A DNA stretch of 64,000 nucleotides from Acidobacteriaceae bacterium (GCA_043782485.1 JAYWAL010000023.1:38336-102335); one strand, 5' to 3'; positions 38,405 through 48,524 are shown, counted from the stretch's first letter. Program-made: numbers and translations. The notes: a model not told the origin generated them from the sequence alone.

Positions 38405-39082
38405 ATGAAACTGACCAAGAAAATACTGGCGGCAATTCGACCGCTGAAACCGCGCGAGGTGGCACGACTGGGAACACTCCTGTACGAATGTACAGATGGC
38501 CAGGGCATGGAGATGGAAGAACTGGACGGCTTCCTGAGCGGGCTGGTGGCGGGGCCGGAGGTGATCCTGCCGACCGAGTTCTATCCCAGAGTCTTCGGCG
38601 GAGAAATGACAGAAGTCGTGAGCTTTGAAAACAAAGAGCAAGCCGATGAGTTACTAGGGCTGATGATGCGGCATTTCAATTCCATCACGACCGAACTGAG
38701 CCAGAATGAACTCCACATGCCGATCCTGGCGCTGGACCAGGGCGGACAGATCGGCGGCAACGAGTGGGCTCGAGGTTTTGTGAAGGCGACCCAGATGCGC
38801 TATGACAGTTGGTCGGAGTTCGTCCACAATCGGGAACACGGCCCATCCATGCATCCCATTTTCATTCTGTATTGGGAGCACGGCCCCATGCCGAACCTGC
38901 GCCCATGCGTACCGATTGGCGAGGAAGAGCGGGAGGAGTTAGTCATTGGCATGGCAACCGCGGCGCTAGTGGCTCACAAATTTTTCCGAGGGCAGAGGAC
39001 GGCGCACGCCATGATGCACAGGGCGGACTACTGCCGAAATCCGTCCCAGCGGGCCGAACGGGGGAAAACTCTTGTAAACTAG
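38405..39082 (+). CDS. UPF0149/YecA-like family protein
   Basis: N-terminal ...MEMEELDGFLSGLVAGPEVILPTEF is the typical UPF0149 signature. 225 aa. No intact SEC-C Cys motif at the C-terminus. Confidence 0.6.
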   Translation: MKLTKKILAAIRPLKPREVARLGTLLYECTDGQGMEMEELDGFLSGLVAGPEVILPTEFYPRVFGGEMTEVVSFENKEQADELLGLMMRHFNSITTELSQNELHMPILALDQGGQIGGNEWARGFVKATQMRYDSWSEFVHNREHGPSMHPIFILYWEHGPMPNLRPCVPIGEEEREELVIGMATAALVAHKFFRGQRTAHAMMHRADYCRNPSQRAERGKTLVN

Positions 39083-39124
39083 AGCGACGTTTGTAGCTAA
39101 CATTGCCGAAAGGAAGTACCTTCC

Positions 39125-39391
39125 ATGGAAGATTCAGCCGAGACTGTTTCTGTGACATTGCCGGGCACGGTAGAGAAAATTATAAAGAGCCCGATTCCCG
39201 ACGTACCCGATAAGGCGCAAATTTCTGTGGAAGGCGCGGATCATCTCTACCGGGAGATCCGCATTGACAACACTCTGCAGACCGAAAAAGGCGAACATGT
39301 GGAACTGAAACCCGGGGCGGAAGTGGACGTAACGATCGCCGCAGCCGTGGAAGCGGTGGTTCCTAAGCCGGATGTGGCGGAACAGAAGTGA
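39125..39391 (+). CDS. small hypothetical protein
   Basis: 88-aa ORF with an acidic, coding-like composition. No family recognised. Confidence 0.4.
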   Translation: MEDSAETVSVTLPGTVEKIIKSPIPDVPDKAQISVEGADHLYREIRIDNTLQTEKGEHVELKPGAEVDVTIAAAVEAVVPKPDVAEQK

Positions 39392-39447
39392 GCGTCCGTC
39401 TCCCGTGACGGGCAGTTGACCCCGATCTCTACTTTTTATCCCGAACT

Positions 39448-40122
39448 CTACTTTTTATAAAGATCGGGAAATTGCTCCCGCAGATGTTCCACTTTTGGCG
39501 CATCATTGACGGCGATGTACGGATTGTCAGGGTGCAGGGTGGCGTAGTTTTGGTGGTAGGCCTCGGCTGGATAGAAAGCCTTGAGCGGCGCGACCTGCGT
39601 GACGATGGGACGGGCAAAGGCCTTCGCCTGACCGATTTGCGCAATGTACGCCTCCGCAATGCGCTTCTGTTCGTCATTGGCGTAGAAGATGGCGGATCGG
39701 TATTGGCTGCCGGAGTCAGGACCCTGGCGGTTGAGCTGGGTGGGGTCATGGGCGACGGAAAAGAAAACCTTGAGCAGCTGGCCGAAGGTGATCAGCGCCG
39801 GGTCGTAGACGATTTGGACCGACTCGGCATGGCCGGTTTCACCGGTGCTGACTTGGGCGTAGTCGGCTTGTGCCGCAGGGCCTCCCGCATAGCCGGAGGT
39901 AGCGCTTTTGACCCCCTGCACGTGCTGGAACACCGCCTGAATTCCCCAGAAACAGCCTCCTGAGAAGACTGCCGTTTGGTCGGCGCTGGCGGCGCGCGTG
40001 GCATCTACAGACGGGTTTGGCAATGGCGTGGCGTTGGCGGCGTGGGCTTGATTCCAGGCTAGTGTGGCGGCTAACGCGAAGACGGCGACGAAGATTGCGA
40101 GTTTGCCTGTGTAGGCATTCAT
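39448..40122 (-). CDS. msrA: peptide-methionine (S)-S-oxide reductase MsrA, secreted form
   Basis: Signal peptide followed by AVFSGGCFWGIQAVFQHVQGV...GYAGG...HAESVQIVYDP, the canonical MsrA motifs. Confidence 0.9.
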   Translation of the reverse strand: MNAYTGKLAIFVAVFALAATLAWNQAHAANATPLPNPSVDATRAASADQTAVFSGGCFWGIQAVFQHVQGVKSATSGYAGGPAAQADYAQVSTGETGHAESVQIVYDPALITFGQLLKVFFSVAHDPTQLNRQGPDSGSQYRSAIFYANDEQKRIAEAYIAQIGQAKAFARPIVTQVAPLKAFYPAEAYHQNYATLHPDNPYIAVNDAPKVEHLREQFPDLYKK

Positions 40123-40200
40123 TTGGGTGCCTCTTGCTGGGATTGGATGCTTGGCGGGTTGGGAAGTTACAGGGCTGCCGGAGCGGACTGCGGACCTGCA

Positions 40201-40227
40201 CGGGCGGGGACGCCCGGGCCTCCATTG
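40201..40227. repeat. 27-bp dispersed motif (copy 2 of 3)
   Basis: cgggcggggacgcccgggcctccattg. It lies immediately 3' of the 40231..41385 stop codon. Confidence 0.7.
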
Positions 40228-40230
40228 GCG

Positions 40231-41385
40231 TTACAAGATGGCGGTTTCGTGGATGGTGCGGCCCTCGGCGAACCGGGCCAGGTCGAGCAGCTTGGCATCG
40301 ATCAGGTCCGTGCTGTGTCGCAGCATTAAATCGGCCAGGATCTTGCCCGTGGCTGGGGCGTGCATGACACCGTGGCCGCTGAAGCCGTTGGCGCAGAAGA
40401 AGCCTGGGACTTCGGGGACCTCGCCGAGAATTGGATGGTGGTCGGGCGTCATTTCATAGAGGCCGGCCCAGGCGCGCTTTGGATTGATCGCCAGATTTTC
40501 GAAGACCGGAACGCGCTCCGCCGCGCGGGTGAGAATTTTTTCTATAAACGCAGGGTCGAAATTGGTTTTATAGCCCGGAGTCTCTTCCGGATCGTTCCAG
40601 GCCAAGAGGAAGCCACGGGCTTCCGGGCGGAAATGGAACCCAGTGGACATATCGACCGTCATGGGAGCCGAGTGGGGGAACTGGTCGAAGGGTTCCGTCG
40701 GGACCAACATGCGGCGCAGCGGCACGACGGGAAGATCAACGCCTACCATTTTTGCGATGCTGGCGGCCCAGGCCCCGGCGGCGTTGACGATTTTCCCGGC
40801 TGACACAGTGCCTCGTGTTGTTTCGATTTCAAAAGACTCTCGCGCGCGCCGAATGGCGGTGACTTCGGCGTTCTTCCAGAGTTTCGCGCCTTGCTCGGTG
40901 GCGCGGGTCATGAAGCCGATCATGGCGCTGTAGGGATCGACGAAGCCATCGCTGGGGCAGAAGCTGCCGCCCAGAATGTCATCGGCCCGGAGCTGCGGAA
41001 ACTGGGCGGCGATTTCCCCAGCGCTCATCATGCGGACATTCTTCAGGCCCAGCGCGATTTGTTTTTCTTGATTGTGTCGCAGGTAGGCGAGGTGCTGATC
41101 GGTGGTGGCGCAGAAGAGATATCCCTGCGGGCGATAGTCGCAGGGGTGCGCGAGACGTTCCTCGAATTCGGCATAGAAAGGGATGGAGTACAGCGACATC
41201 TTGATGTTGACCGGGGTGGAGAATTGGGCGCGAACGCCGCCCATGCTCTTCCCGGTGGAGCCCTTGCCCTGGGCGGTTTCCCGCTCTAGAACAAGAATAC
41301 TCTTGCAGCCCGCCTCGGTAAGGTGGTAGGCGATGCTGGAGCCGACGATGCCTCCGCCGAGGATGGCGATTTCCGTGGTATGCAT
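40231..41385 (-). CDS. FAD-dependent oxidoreductase (DAO family; sarcosine/glycine oxidase-like)
   Basis: N-terminal Rossmann motif IAILGGGIVGSSIAYHL. 384 aa. C-terminal ...FFCANGFSGHGVMHAPATG. Confidence 0.85.
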   Translation of the reverse strand: MHTTEIAILGGGIVGSSIAYHLTEAGCKSILVLERETAQGKGSTGKSMGGVRAQFSTPVNIKMSLYSIPFYAEFEERLAHPCDYRPQGYLFCATTDQHLAYLRHNQEKQIALGLKNVRMMSAGEIAAQFPQLRADDILGGSFCPSDGFVDPYSAMIGFMTRATEQGAKLWKNAEVTAIRRARESFEIETTRGTVSAGKIVNAAGAWAASIAKMVGVDLPVVPLRRMLVPTEPFDQFPHSAPMTVDMSTGFHFRPEARGFLLAWNDPEETPGYKTNFDPAFIEKILTRAAERVPVFENLAINPKRAWAGLYEMTPDHHPILGEVPEVPGFFCANGFSGHGVMHAPATGKILADLMLRHSTDLIDAKLLDLARFAEGRTIHETAIL

Positions 41386-41427
41386 GTTTTTTGCAGCGGC
41401 TGAAGCCGCTTGTGTCTTGCTGGAAAC

Positions 41428-41454
41428 GGCACGACTGAAGTCGTGCCCTGATAC
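41428..41454. repeat. REP-like tetraloop hairpin GGCACGAC-TGAA-GTCGTGCC-CTGATAC
   Basis: This is the reverse-orientation copy of 5744-5769. The stem differs by the paired changes CG/CG to GA/TC, which preserve base-pairing. Confidence 0.7.
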
Positions 41455-41574
41455 AAATTTTTTACTCTGGCGGCTGAGTTGACTTTTCGTACTCCGCTGC
41501 TTTGAAGTTCATTGCTACGAGGGCTGGAACACACTCCCTATCGTTTGCTCTCTTGATCGCTGCGCGCAAGCCCG

Positions 41575-42351
41575 CTACTTAATTACGCCCCGCTCGGAGG
41601 CTTCGATGAATCGGATCAGCATAGCGACATCTTCGCCAGCTTCGGGTTCGGACTTCAATTTCTCCAACGCTTGGGTGGTATTGAGCTTGGAGGCTAGCAA
41701 TACTTTGTACGCGTGGTGAATCTTGCGAATGCGCTCGGGGGTAAAGCCACGACGCTCAAGACCCACGGAGTTGATCCCGTAAGCGTGGGTATCGCGGGCA
41801 GCGGCAGTTTTCGAAAATGGAAGCACATCGCGCGTGATCGTTGTACCGCCGCCGATGTAGGAATGGGCTCCGATACGTACGAACTGGTGCACGGGGCAGA
41901 GCGCGCCGACGACGGCCCACTCTTCCACCGTCACGTGTCCGCCCAGAGTGGCGGCGTTGGCCAGAATTACGTGATCGGCAATCTGGCAGTCGTGCGCAAT
42001 GTGCGTATACGCCATGATCAAAATATGACTGCCGACGCGGGTGACGCCACCGCCTTTGACCGTTCCGCGGTTGATGCTGACGAACTCGCGAATCTCGTTG
42101 TTATCGCCAATTTCCAGTCGCGTTGGCTCTCCGGCGTAGCCGATATCCTGCGGCGCCATGCCAAGCGACGTAAACGGAAAGACGCCAACGTTGCTGCCGA
42201 TGCGCGTGGGGCCTTCAATGTGAACATGCGAGACCAAGTGACACTTTTCGCCAAGTTCTACATTTGGGCCAATAATGCAATACGGGCCAATGTCGCACGA
42301 CTCCGGGACGCGGGCGCTAGGATCAAGAATGGCGGTGGAATGGATGGGCAT
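41575..42351 (-). CDS. lpxA: acyl-ACP--UDP-N-acetylglucosamine O-acyltransferase
   Basis: 258 aa. MPIHSTAILDPSARV..., left-handed beta-helix hexapeptide repeats, and a C-terminal helical domain. It lies downstream of fabZ. Confidence 0.95.
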   Translation of the reverse strand: MPIHSTAILDPSARVPESCDIGPYCIIGPNVELGEKCHLVSHVHIEGPTRIGSNVGVFPFTSLGMAPQDIGYAGEPTRLEIGDNNEIREFVSINRGTVKGGGVTRVGSHILIMAYTHIAHDCQIADHVILANAATLGGHVTVEEWAVVGALCPVHQFVRIGAHSYIGGGTTITRDVLPFSKTAAARDTHAYGINSVGLERRGFTPERIRKIHHAYKVLLASKLNTTQALEKLKSEPEAGEDVAMLIRFIEASERGVIK

Positions 42352-42368
42352 GTGCGTGAGGCGAGGTT

Positions 42369-42905
42369 CTAACCTTCGCTAGCGGGCTTGCGCGGAACCA
42401 CGACGCAAGAAATGGTGGCCTCCGCCACGCGCTTGCTGCCGACGAAAGCGCGGCCTTCCATGCGTCCAGCTGACATGCGCCAGGCTTTGACATCCACTTC
42501 AATCCGCAGCTGGTCGCCGGGAACCACCGGCTGGCGAAAGCGCGCCTTTTCGATTCCCGCGAAAAATAACAGCTTGGTGTCGGGGTCAGGGATGGCGGAC
42601 ATCAGCAGCACGCCTCCAGCCTGCGCCATGGCTTCCACAACCAGAACACCCGGCATGATCGGGTACCCGGGAAAATGCCCGGCGAAGAACGGCTCATTGA
42701 TGGTCACGTTCTTGATGGCAACGATGCGCTCCTTCGGCGTGTGCTCGACAATCCGGTCGATGAGGAGGAACGGATAGCGGTGCGGAAGAATCTTCATGAT
42801 GGCGTTGATGTCCATCAGAGTGACCCCGGGCAGAGCAACATCGGGCAGAGTGACCTCGGGTGCCTTGTTGGCGGCGGGTTCAGCGGTCTGGAGAGTCTCG
42901 GTCAT
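42369..42905 (-). CDS. fabZ: 3-hydroxyacyl-ACP dehydratase FabZ
   Basis: ILPHRYPFLLIDRIVE...FFAGHFPGYPIMPGVLVVEAMAQ are the canonical motifs. The real start may be ATG 42815 (MDINAIMKILPHRYPF). Confidence 0.95.
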   Translation of the reverse strand: MTETLQTAEPAANKAPEVTLPDVALPGVTLMDINAIMKILPHRYPFLLIDRIVEHTPKERIVAIKNVTINEPFFAGHFPGYPIMPGVLVVEAMAQAGGVLLMSAIPDPDTKLLFFAGIEKARFRQPVVPGDQLRIEVDVKAWRMSAGRMEGRAFVGSKRVAEATISCVVVPRKPASEG

Positions 42906-43006
42906 TTCGTCGTTTTTTCAACGCGGTTATTATACTGTACAGCCAAGGCTAGGAATTGACTGCCTGAACCACCAGAAGTCGTCACGAGAACTCGTCACCG
43001 GAAAAC

Positions 43007-44197
43007 ATGCAAAGCAAAAAAAGCAAGCTCCTCGCGGGTGCCTCCGCCGCTGGCCACGCAGGCTCGGTACGCTACCTCCGCTATCTGACGGAGCGCCGGG
43101 AAGCGCTAGTCGAAACCGTTCGCGCAATGGCGGAGATGGAGTCTCCCAGCGACAACAAAGCCGCGGTGGACCGGCTGGGATCGTGGCTGGCCCAGCGGTT
43201 TCGCAAGCTCGGCGGCAAGGTTCGCATCGACGAGCAAACGCGCTACGGCAATCATCTGCAAGTGGATTTGGCCGGGCGCGCGGGGAAGCCTGTTCTGCTA
43301 CTGGGACATTTTGATACGGTCTACGAGCTGGGTACGTTAGCGCGGATGCCTTGCAAAATCGCGAAGGGGCGGCTCTACGGGCCAGGAGTTTTTGACATGA
43401 AGTCAGGCGTGGCCCTCATGCTGCACGCGATTGAGGCCCTGCAAACAGTGCATGGCGAACTGCCTCGACCGGTACGGATCTGGCTGGTCACGGACGAGGA
43501 AGTAGGCAGCGAGAGCTCGCGCGCGATGACGGAAGCACTCGCCCGACAGAGCGCGGCTGTTTTTGTTTTGGAACCTTCCGCCGGCCTGCGCGGGGCCTTC
43601 AAAACGTCCCGCAAAGGCGTCGGCGAATATACAATTCGCGTGACCGGGCAGGCGGCGCATGCGGGCCTGGACCCCGGCAAGGGGCAAAGTGCGATTGTGG
43701 AACTGGCGCGGCAGATCGCGCGCATTGCCAGTTTTGGCGAGCCAAAGCGCGGGTTGACGGTGAACGTCGGCGTGATTCGCGGCGGCACAAGGACCAACGT
43801 GATTGCCGCCGAAGCCGTGGCAGAAGTGGATGTCCGGATCGAACGTCTGGGCGATGCGGAGCGCTTGGACCGCAAGTTCCGGGCGCTGAAGCCAGTCAAC
43901 CGAAAGTGTAAACTTGAGGTCACCGGAGGCATGAACCGCCCGCCCATGGAGCGTGGAACGGGCACCGTTGCCCTTTTTACCCAGGCGCAGAGTATCGCGC
44001 GGGACCTCGGCTGGAAACTGGAGGAGACCGCGGTCGGCGGCGGCTCCGACGGCAACTTTACCGCGGCACTGGGCGTTCCGACTTTGGATGGAATGGGTGG
44101 CGTGGGCGACGGAGCCCATGCCATCCACGAGCATGTTGTGATTGCGGAACTGCCGAAAAGGGCGGCGCTGCTGGCCGCCATGCTGGCGTCGATTTAA
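43007..44197 (+). CDS. M20 family metallopeptidase (carboxypeptidase G2-like)
   Basis: 396 aa. ...LLLGHFDTV...GPGVFDMKSG...TDEEVGS...GGSDGNF... are M20 metal-ligand motifs. Confidence 0.85.
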   Translation: MQSKKSKLLAGASAAGHAGSVRYLRYLTERREALVETVRAMAEMESPSDNKAAVDRLGSWLAQRFRKLGGKVRIDEQTRYGNHLQVDLAGRAGKPVLLLGHFDTVYELGTLARMPCKIAKGRLYGPGVFDMKSGVALMLHAIEALQTVHGELPRPVRIWLVTDEEVGSESSRAMTEALARQSAAVFVLEPSAGLRGAFKTSRKGVGEYTIRVTGQAAHAGLDPGKGQSAIVELARQIARIASFGEPKRGLTVNVGVIRGGTRTNVIAAEAVAEVDVRIERLGDAERLDRKFRALKPVNRKCKLEVTGGMNRPPMERGTGTVALFTQAQSIARDLGWKLEETAVGGGSDGNFTAALGVPTLDGMGGVGDGAHAIHEHVVIAELPKRAALLAAMLASI

Positions 44198-45126
44198 GGG
44201 CGACTGGCGATGAAGCGGAGTCCGTCCTGGACCGTGCCCGGTTCGTCGCCGAAACCGGCGAGCCAATGCACGTCCGGCTCGCGGCGAAACCAGGTCATTT
44301 GGCGCTTGGCGTAATTGCGGTGTGCTTGTTGCGCCGCCTCCACAGCTTGCGGGCGGGTTAGTTCTCCGCGAAGAAGCTGCACGGCTTGCTTGTATCCCAG
44401 CGCCGACAGGGGCCACGGAGAGTCGCCATATTTTTCCAGCAAAGACTTTGTTTCTTCGGTTAAGCCATCCTCAAACATGCGCTGGCAGCGCCGATTGATG
44501 CGGTCATACAACGCGCTGCGTTCGGGATTCAGGCCAATGCGCACGATGCGAAAGCCGGTCAGCGGCGCGCGACTCTCGCTCAGCAGTTGCGTCATGCTGG
44601 TCTTGGCGCTCAGGCAGACTTCAACGGCACGGATAACTTTTGGCGTGTCATGGGCGTGAATGCGCGCGGCGGCAGTGGGGTCGAGCCATTGCAAGAGCTT
44701 ATGTAAGTGCCCCGCTCCTCGAAGGTGGGCGCTTCCGCGTAGGCGTTCACGAAGCGCCTCCGAACGCTGCGGTCCGGCAAAAAGGCCGTCCAGTAAGGCC
44801 CGCAGGTAAAGGCCGGTTCCACCAACAATAATCGGCAACTTCCGGCGCATGCCAATTTCAGCCAGCGTCTGGCGTGCGCGCCGCGCATACCCGCCCGCCG
44901 AAACGGATTCGGTTGGTTCCGCTACGTCAATCAAATGATGCGGTGCTCGCGCTCGCTCGGAAGCTGTGGGTTTGGCCGTGCCGATATCAAATTCGCGATA
45001 CAGCGCGACGGAATCACAGCTGATAATTTCTCCGCCAAAGTGCTCAGCCAGCGCGAGGGACAACGAGGTCTTGCCGCTTCCCGTGGGCCCCAGAACGACT
45101 ACCAGCAGTGGCTCCGCACCGGACAC
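44194..45126 (-). CDS. miaA: tRNA dimethylallyltransferase
   Basis: GTG start at 45126. VVVLGPTGSGKTSLSLALAEHFGGEIISCDSVALYREFDIGTAKPT is the canonical P-loop plus MiaA motif. Confidence 0.95.
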   Translation of the reverse strand: MSGAEPLLVVVLGPTGSGKTSLSLALAEHFGGEIISCDSVALYREFDIGTAKPTASERARAPHHLIDVAEPTESVSAGGYARRARQTLAEIGMRRKLPIIVGGTGLYLRALLDGLFAGPQRSEALRERLRGSAHLRGAGHLHKLLQWLDPTAAARIHAHDTPKVIRAVEVCLSAKTSMTQLLSESRAPLTGFRIVRIGLNPERSALYDRINRRCQRMFEDGLTEETKSLLEKYGDSPWPLSALGYKQAVQLLRGELTRPQAVEAAQQAHRNYAKRQMTWFRREPDVHWLAGFGDEPGTVQDGLRFIASRP

Positions 45127-45311
45127 TACCGGGCGCTCCGGGGCAGTAAATGGGCGTAGCGAATGAGGTAGATGACGAAAATCACAAGGGCAAGCAGGAT
45201 CAGCCCGCGCGTTTCGGTTCGCAGAGCCTGGCGGGTTCGCGTTTCGCGGTCGGGAGTGTTCTTAGAAGCCACGCAGTGATTCTAAACCGCGTTCTCGCCA
45301 AGAGGGAGGCG

Positions 45312-46151
45312 ATGCTACACTGGCCGTCGATCCGCATGTCGACCACACTGCCCGCATCTGACGCCCAGATTGTTCGTTTCGGAATCTACGAGGCCAATTT
45401 TTCCTTGGGCGAGCTGCGCAAAAATGGCGCGAAAATTCGCCTACAAGAGCAGCCGTTCCAGGTGCTCGCCATGCTGCTGGAGCGCCCCGGTCAGATCGTG
45501 ACGCGAGACGACTTGCGCGCGCGGCTGTGGAAGGCCGACACCTTTGTCGACTTCGACCACAGTCTGAACACGGCCATCAACAAGCTGCGCGACGCGCTGG
45601 ACGACTCCGCTGCCAACCCTCGTTTTGTGGAGACCATGGCCAAGCGCGGATACCGGTTTATAGCACCGATCCAGCGCGGGGCTACCGAGGTTGCGGCTGC
45701 CGAGACACCTGTGCAAGTCAGCGACCTGCCTGTGGTCAACCGAACCTGGCTTCGCTGCTTATTTGGGCTAACGCAAGTCATGTACCTTGTGTTTTACGTC
45801 CTGGCGCTGGTCCGCTTCGAGGAACTCGGCAGTGCGGTTGAGCGGAATTTGGTACCGCTGCACGTGCCCACCATCACCTCGCTGGTATTACTGACAGCGG
45901 CCATGGGAATTCCGCTGCGCCTGTACCTGCTCTCCGGTGTTTCGTTCGATCATGCCAGACTCGGCGAGAAATTTCTGCGCATCTTTCCGGCGGTTTTACT
46001 CCTCGACCTGCTCTGGGCCTTGGCTCCATTTCTGGTCATTCAGGAGATTGGCATTGGCGGCGCTGTGGCGGCCACCGCAGCGCTTCTTTATGTTCCGTTC
46101 GGCGAGCGGACCCTCATTCGCATGGCATATCGGGGCCCAGCGTCCAGATAA
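45312..46151 (+). CDS. membrane-anchored winged-helix (OmpR/CadC-type) transcriptional regulator
   Basis: N-terminal VRFGIYEANFSLGELRKNGAKIRLQEQPFQVLAMLLERPGQIVTRDDLRARLW...INKLRDAL...ETMAKRGYRF (trans_reg_C), followed by about 4 TM helices. The alternative start is ATG 45336. Confidence 0.7.
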   Translation: MLHWPSIRMSTTLPASDAQIVRFGIYEANFSLGELRKNGAKIRLQEQPFQVLAMLLERPGQIVTRDDLRARLWKADTFVDFDHSLNTAINKLRDALDDSAANPRFVETMAKRGYRFIAPIQRGATEVAAAETPVQVSDLPVVNRTWLRCLFGLTQVMYLVFYVLALVRFEELGSAVERNLVPLHVPTITSLVLLTAAMGIPLRLYLLSGVSFDHARLGEKFLRIFPAVLLLDLLWALAPFLVIQEIGIGGAVAATAALLYVPFGERTLIRMAYRGPASR

Positions 46152-46282
46152 CATCAACAACGCTGGGGCGTCTTATGCATGGGATCGTTTGGCATATGTT
46201 TGCTCGCCACAGGTTCGTAGAACACAAGTTCGCGCGGCGTGAGTTTAAGATAATCAGGTTGCGAAAATTCAGGGGAGTCCAT

Positions 46283-48307
46283 ATGCGTGGTTTCGTATTC
46301 TTACTGGCAAGTTTCTTATTAACTGGTTCCATCCTCGCGCAAAATGCCGAGGCTCCTCGTAAACAGCCGGTGCTGGACACGGCGTCGATGGATACCACGG
46401 TCGATCCTTGCGCGGATTTCTACACCTATTCGTGCGGCGGATGGATGAAGAAAAACCCGATTCCTCCCGATCAGTCCAACTGGGGTGCCTACTCGAAGCT
46501 GCAGGATGACACACTGCTCCAGCTGCGTTCCCTGCTCGAAGCTGCCGCTCAAGCAGGCGAGAGCAGAAGTGCGAACGAGCAGAAAATTGGCGACTATTTC
46601 TCAGCTTGTATGGATGAGTCAGCTGTGGATGCGCTCGGTGCCAAGCCCCTGGCCCCAACGCTGGCGGAGATCGCCGCGCTAAACAACAAGCGGGATCTGG
46701 CGGCCTGGGTGGCGGGTGCGCCCAGTGCTTCCATCTATTTCTTCCGTTACAGTTCGTCGCAGGATTTCCGCGACTCAACGCGCCAAATCGCCTGGATCGA
46801 CCAGGGCGGACTGGGGCTTCCGGATCGTGACTTTTATTTCAAGGACGACGCCAAGTCGCTGGACCTTCGCAAAGCCTATGTAGCACACGTGGCAAAAACC
46901 CTGGAATTGCTCGGTGACTCCGCCGAGTTGGCCAAGAGTGAGGCCGCGAACGTAATGCGCATCGAAACCGCGCTGGCGGCTGGGTCGCAGACGCGCGTCG
47001 AGCGCCGCGATCCTCACAATCTAGATCACACCATGCCCGTTCGCGAGCTGGTAGCCTCCGTTCCTTCGTTTGACTGGTCCGCATTCCTGACCAAAACTGG
47101 AACGCCTCAAGTCCAGGCTGTTAATGTGGCCTCACCCGGATTCTTCAAAGCGCTCAATGCTGAGTTGAAAAAAGAAAGCTTGGCGGACTGGAAGGTCTAT
47201 TTGCGCTGGCATCTGGCCCGCTCGCAGGCCCAGTATCTGGCTTCGCCTTTTCTCAAAGAGAATTTCAACTTCTACGGCAAGACTCTACAAGGCTTGGAAC
47301 AGATGGAACCGCGCTGGAAGAAGTGCGTCAACGGCGTGGACGGCGATCTCGGCGAAGCGCTCGGGCAGGTTTACGTTGAAAAGTACTTCAGTGCCGACGC
47401 CAAACAACGCGCCTCAAGAATAGTCAAAGAAATCCAAGCCGCCATGGGGCGCGATCTTCAGCAGCTCCCCTGGATGAGCGACACCACCAAGAAAAAAGCC
47501 TTTGAAAAGCTGCACGGCGTGGCCAACAAGATCGGCTACCCTGACCAGTGGCGGGACTACAGCAAGCTGCGAATCATTGCTGGAGACTACGCCGGCAACG
47601 GCAACCGAGGCACGCGTTTCGAATATGACCGCCAGCTAGCCAAAATTGGCAAATCCGTCGACCGCGGCGAATGGGATATGACCCCTCCAACGGTCAATGC
47701 CTACTACGATCCGCAGATGAATAACATCAATTTCCCGGCTGGGGTTTTGCAACCGCCCTTATTCGATGCGGCGGAAGACGATGCCCCCAACTACGGGGAT
47801 ACAGGCGGAACCATTGGTCACGAGCTAACCCACGGCTTCGACGACCAAGGTCGTCAGTTCGACGCGACCGGCAACCTGAAAGATTGGTGGGCCGCGGAGG
47901 ATGGCAAGGAATTCGAAAAGCGGGCTGCTTGTATTTCTGATCAGTATTCGGGCTACACCATCGTCGACGACATCAAGATCAACGGGAAACTCACGCTAGG
48001 GGAAGATACCGCCGATCTCGGCGGATTGATCCTTGCCCATATGGCATGGCAGGAAGCGACGAAGGATCAGAAACTGGAACCGATGGAAGGTTTCACTCCC
48101 GAGCAGCGATTCTTTATCGGCTACGGGCAGAGCTGGTGTACCAATGAACGCGACGAAGCCAAGCGGCTGCGAGCCACCACGGACCCGCATTCGCCGGAAA
48201 AGTATCGGACCAACGGCGTAGTTTCCAACATGCCGGAATTCCAAGAGGCATTCCACTGCAAATCAGACGCCCCCATGGTGCGCAAGGATCGCTGCCGCGT
48301 TTGGTAG
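46283..48307 (+). CDS. M13 family zinc metallopeptidase (PepO/endothelin-converting-enzyme-like), secreted
   Basis: Start re-set to ATG 46283 (AGGGGAG upstream; signal peptide MRGFVFLLASFLLTGSILA). NAYY, HExxH (GHELTHGFDDQG), and C-terminal ...CRVW. Confidence 0.9.
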   Translation: MRGFVFLLASFLLTGSILAQNAEAPRKQPVLDTASMDTTVDPCADFYTYSCGGWMKKNPIPPDQSNWGAYSKLQDDTLLQLRSLLEAAAQAGESRSANEQKIGDYFSACMDESAVDALGAKPLAPTLAEIAALNNKRDLAAWVAGAPSASIYFFRYSSSQDFRDSTRQIAWIDQGGLGLPDRDFYFKDDAKSLDLRKAYVAHVAKTLELLGDSAELAKSEAANVMRIETALAAGSQTRVERRDPHNLDHTMPVRELVASVPSFDWSAFLTKTGTPQVQAVNVASPGFFKALNAELKKESLADWKVYLRWHLARSQAQYLASPFLKENFNFYGKTLQGLEQMEPRWKKCVNGVDGDLGEALGQVYVEKYFSADAKQRASRIVKEIQAAMGRDLQQLPWMSDTTKKKAFEKLHGVANKIGYPDQWRDYSKLRIIAGDYAGNGNRGTRFEYDRQLAKIGKSVDRGEWDMTPPTVNAYYDPQMNNINFPAGVLQPPLFDAAEDDAPNYGDTGGTIGHELTHGFDDQGRQFDATGNLKDWWAAEDGKEFEKRAACISDQYSGYTIVDDIKINGKLTLGEDTADLGGLILAHMAWQEATKDQKLEPMEGFTPEQRFFIGYGQSWCTNERDEAKRLRATTDPHSPEKYRTNGVVSNMPEFQEAFHCKSDAPMVRKDRCRVW

Positions 48308-48497
48308 CAATCCAGGTAGTGCACCGAACCCGGTTCGGTGGAGCCGCGGGCGTCCTCGCCCGTGCGGTTTACCGGCTTCTCTCCACGACCAGCGATAGGC
48401 GGCCCATTCTTTACCGACCCCGCTGCTGCGAGATTTCCGGGAGGGTTAGGGACCTTACTACGTTTTCTCAGTGAACGCGGCGTTTGAACAGTGCGCA

Positions 48498-48524
48498 CGG
48501 GCGGGGACGCCCGTGCCTCCATCG
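48498..48524. repeat. 27-bp dispersed motif (copy 3 of 3)
   Basis: cgggcggggacgcccgtgcctccatcg. It lies between the convergent M13 peptidase and Prx-like genes. Confidence 0.7.

Noticed and set aside
39020-39082. Degenerate SEC-C zinc motif at the C-terminus of the YecA-like protein (RNPSQRAERGKTLVN versus the canonical RNDPCPCGSGKKYKKCC).
   Set aside because: The resemblance rests on a few residues and no Cys is retained. I could not find a frame that restores the motif, so it is too speculative to report.
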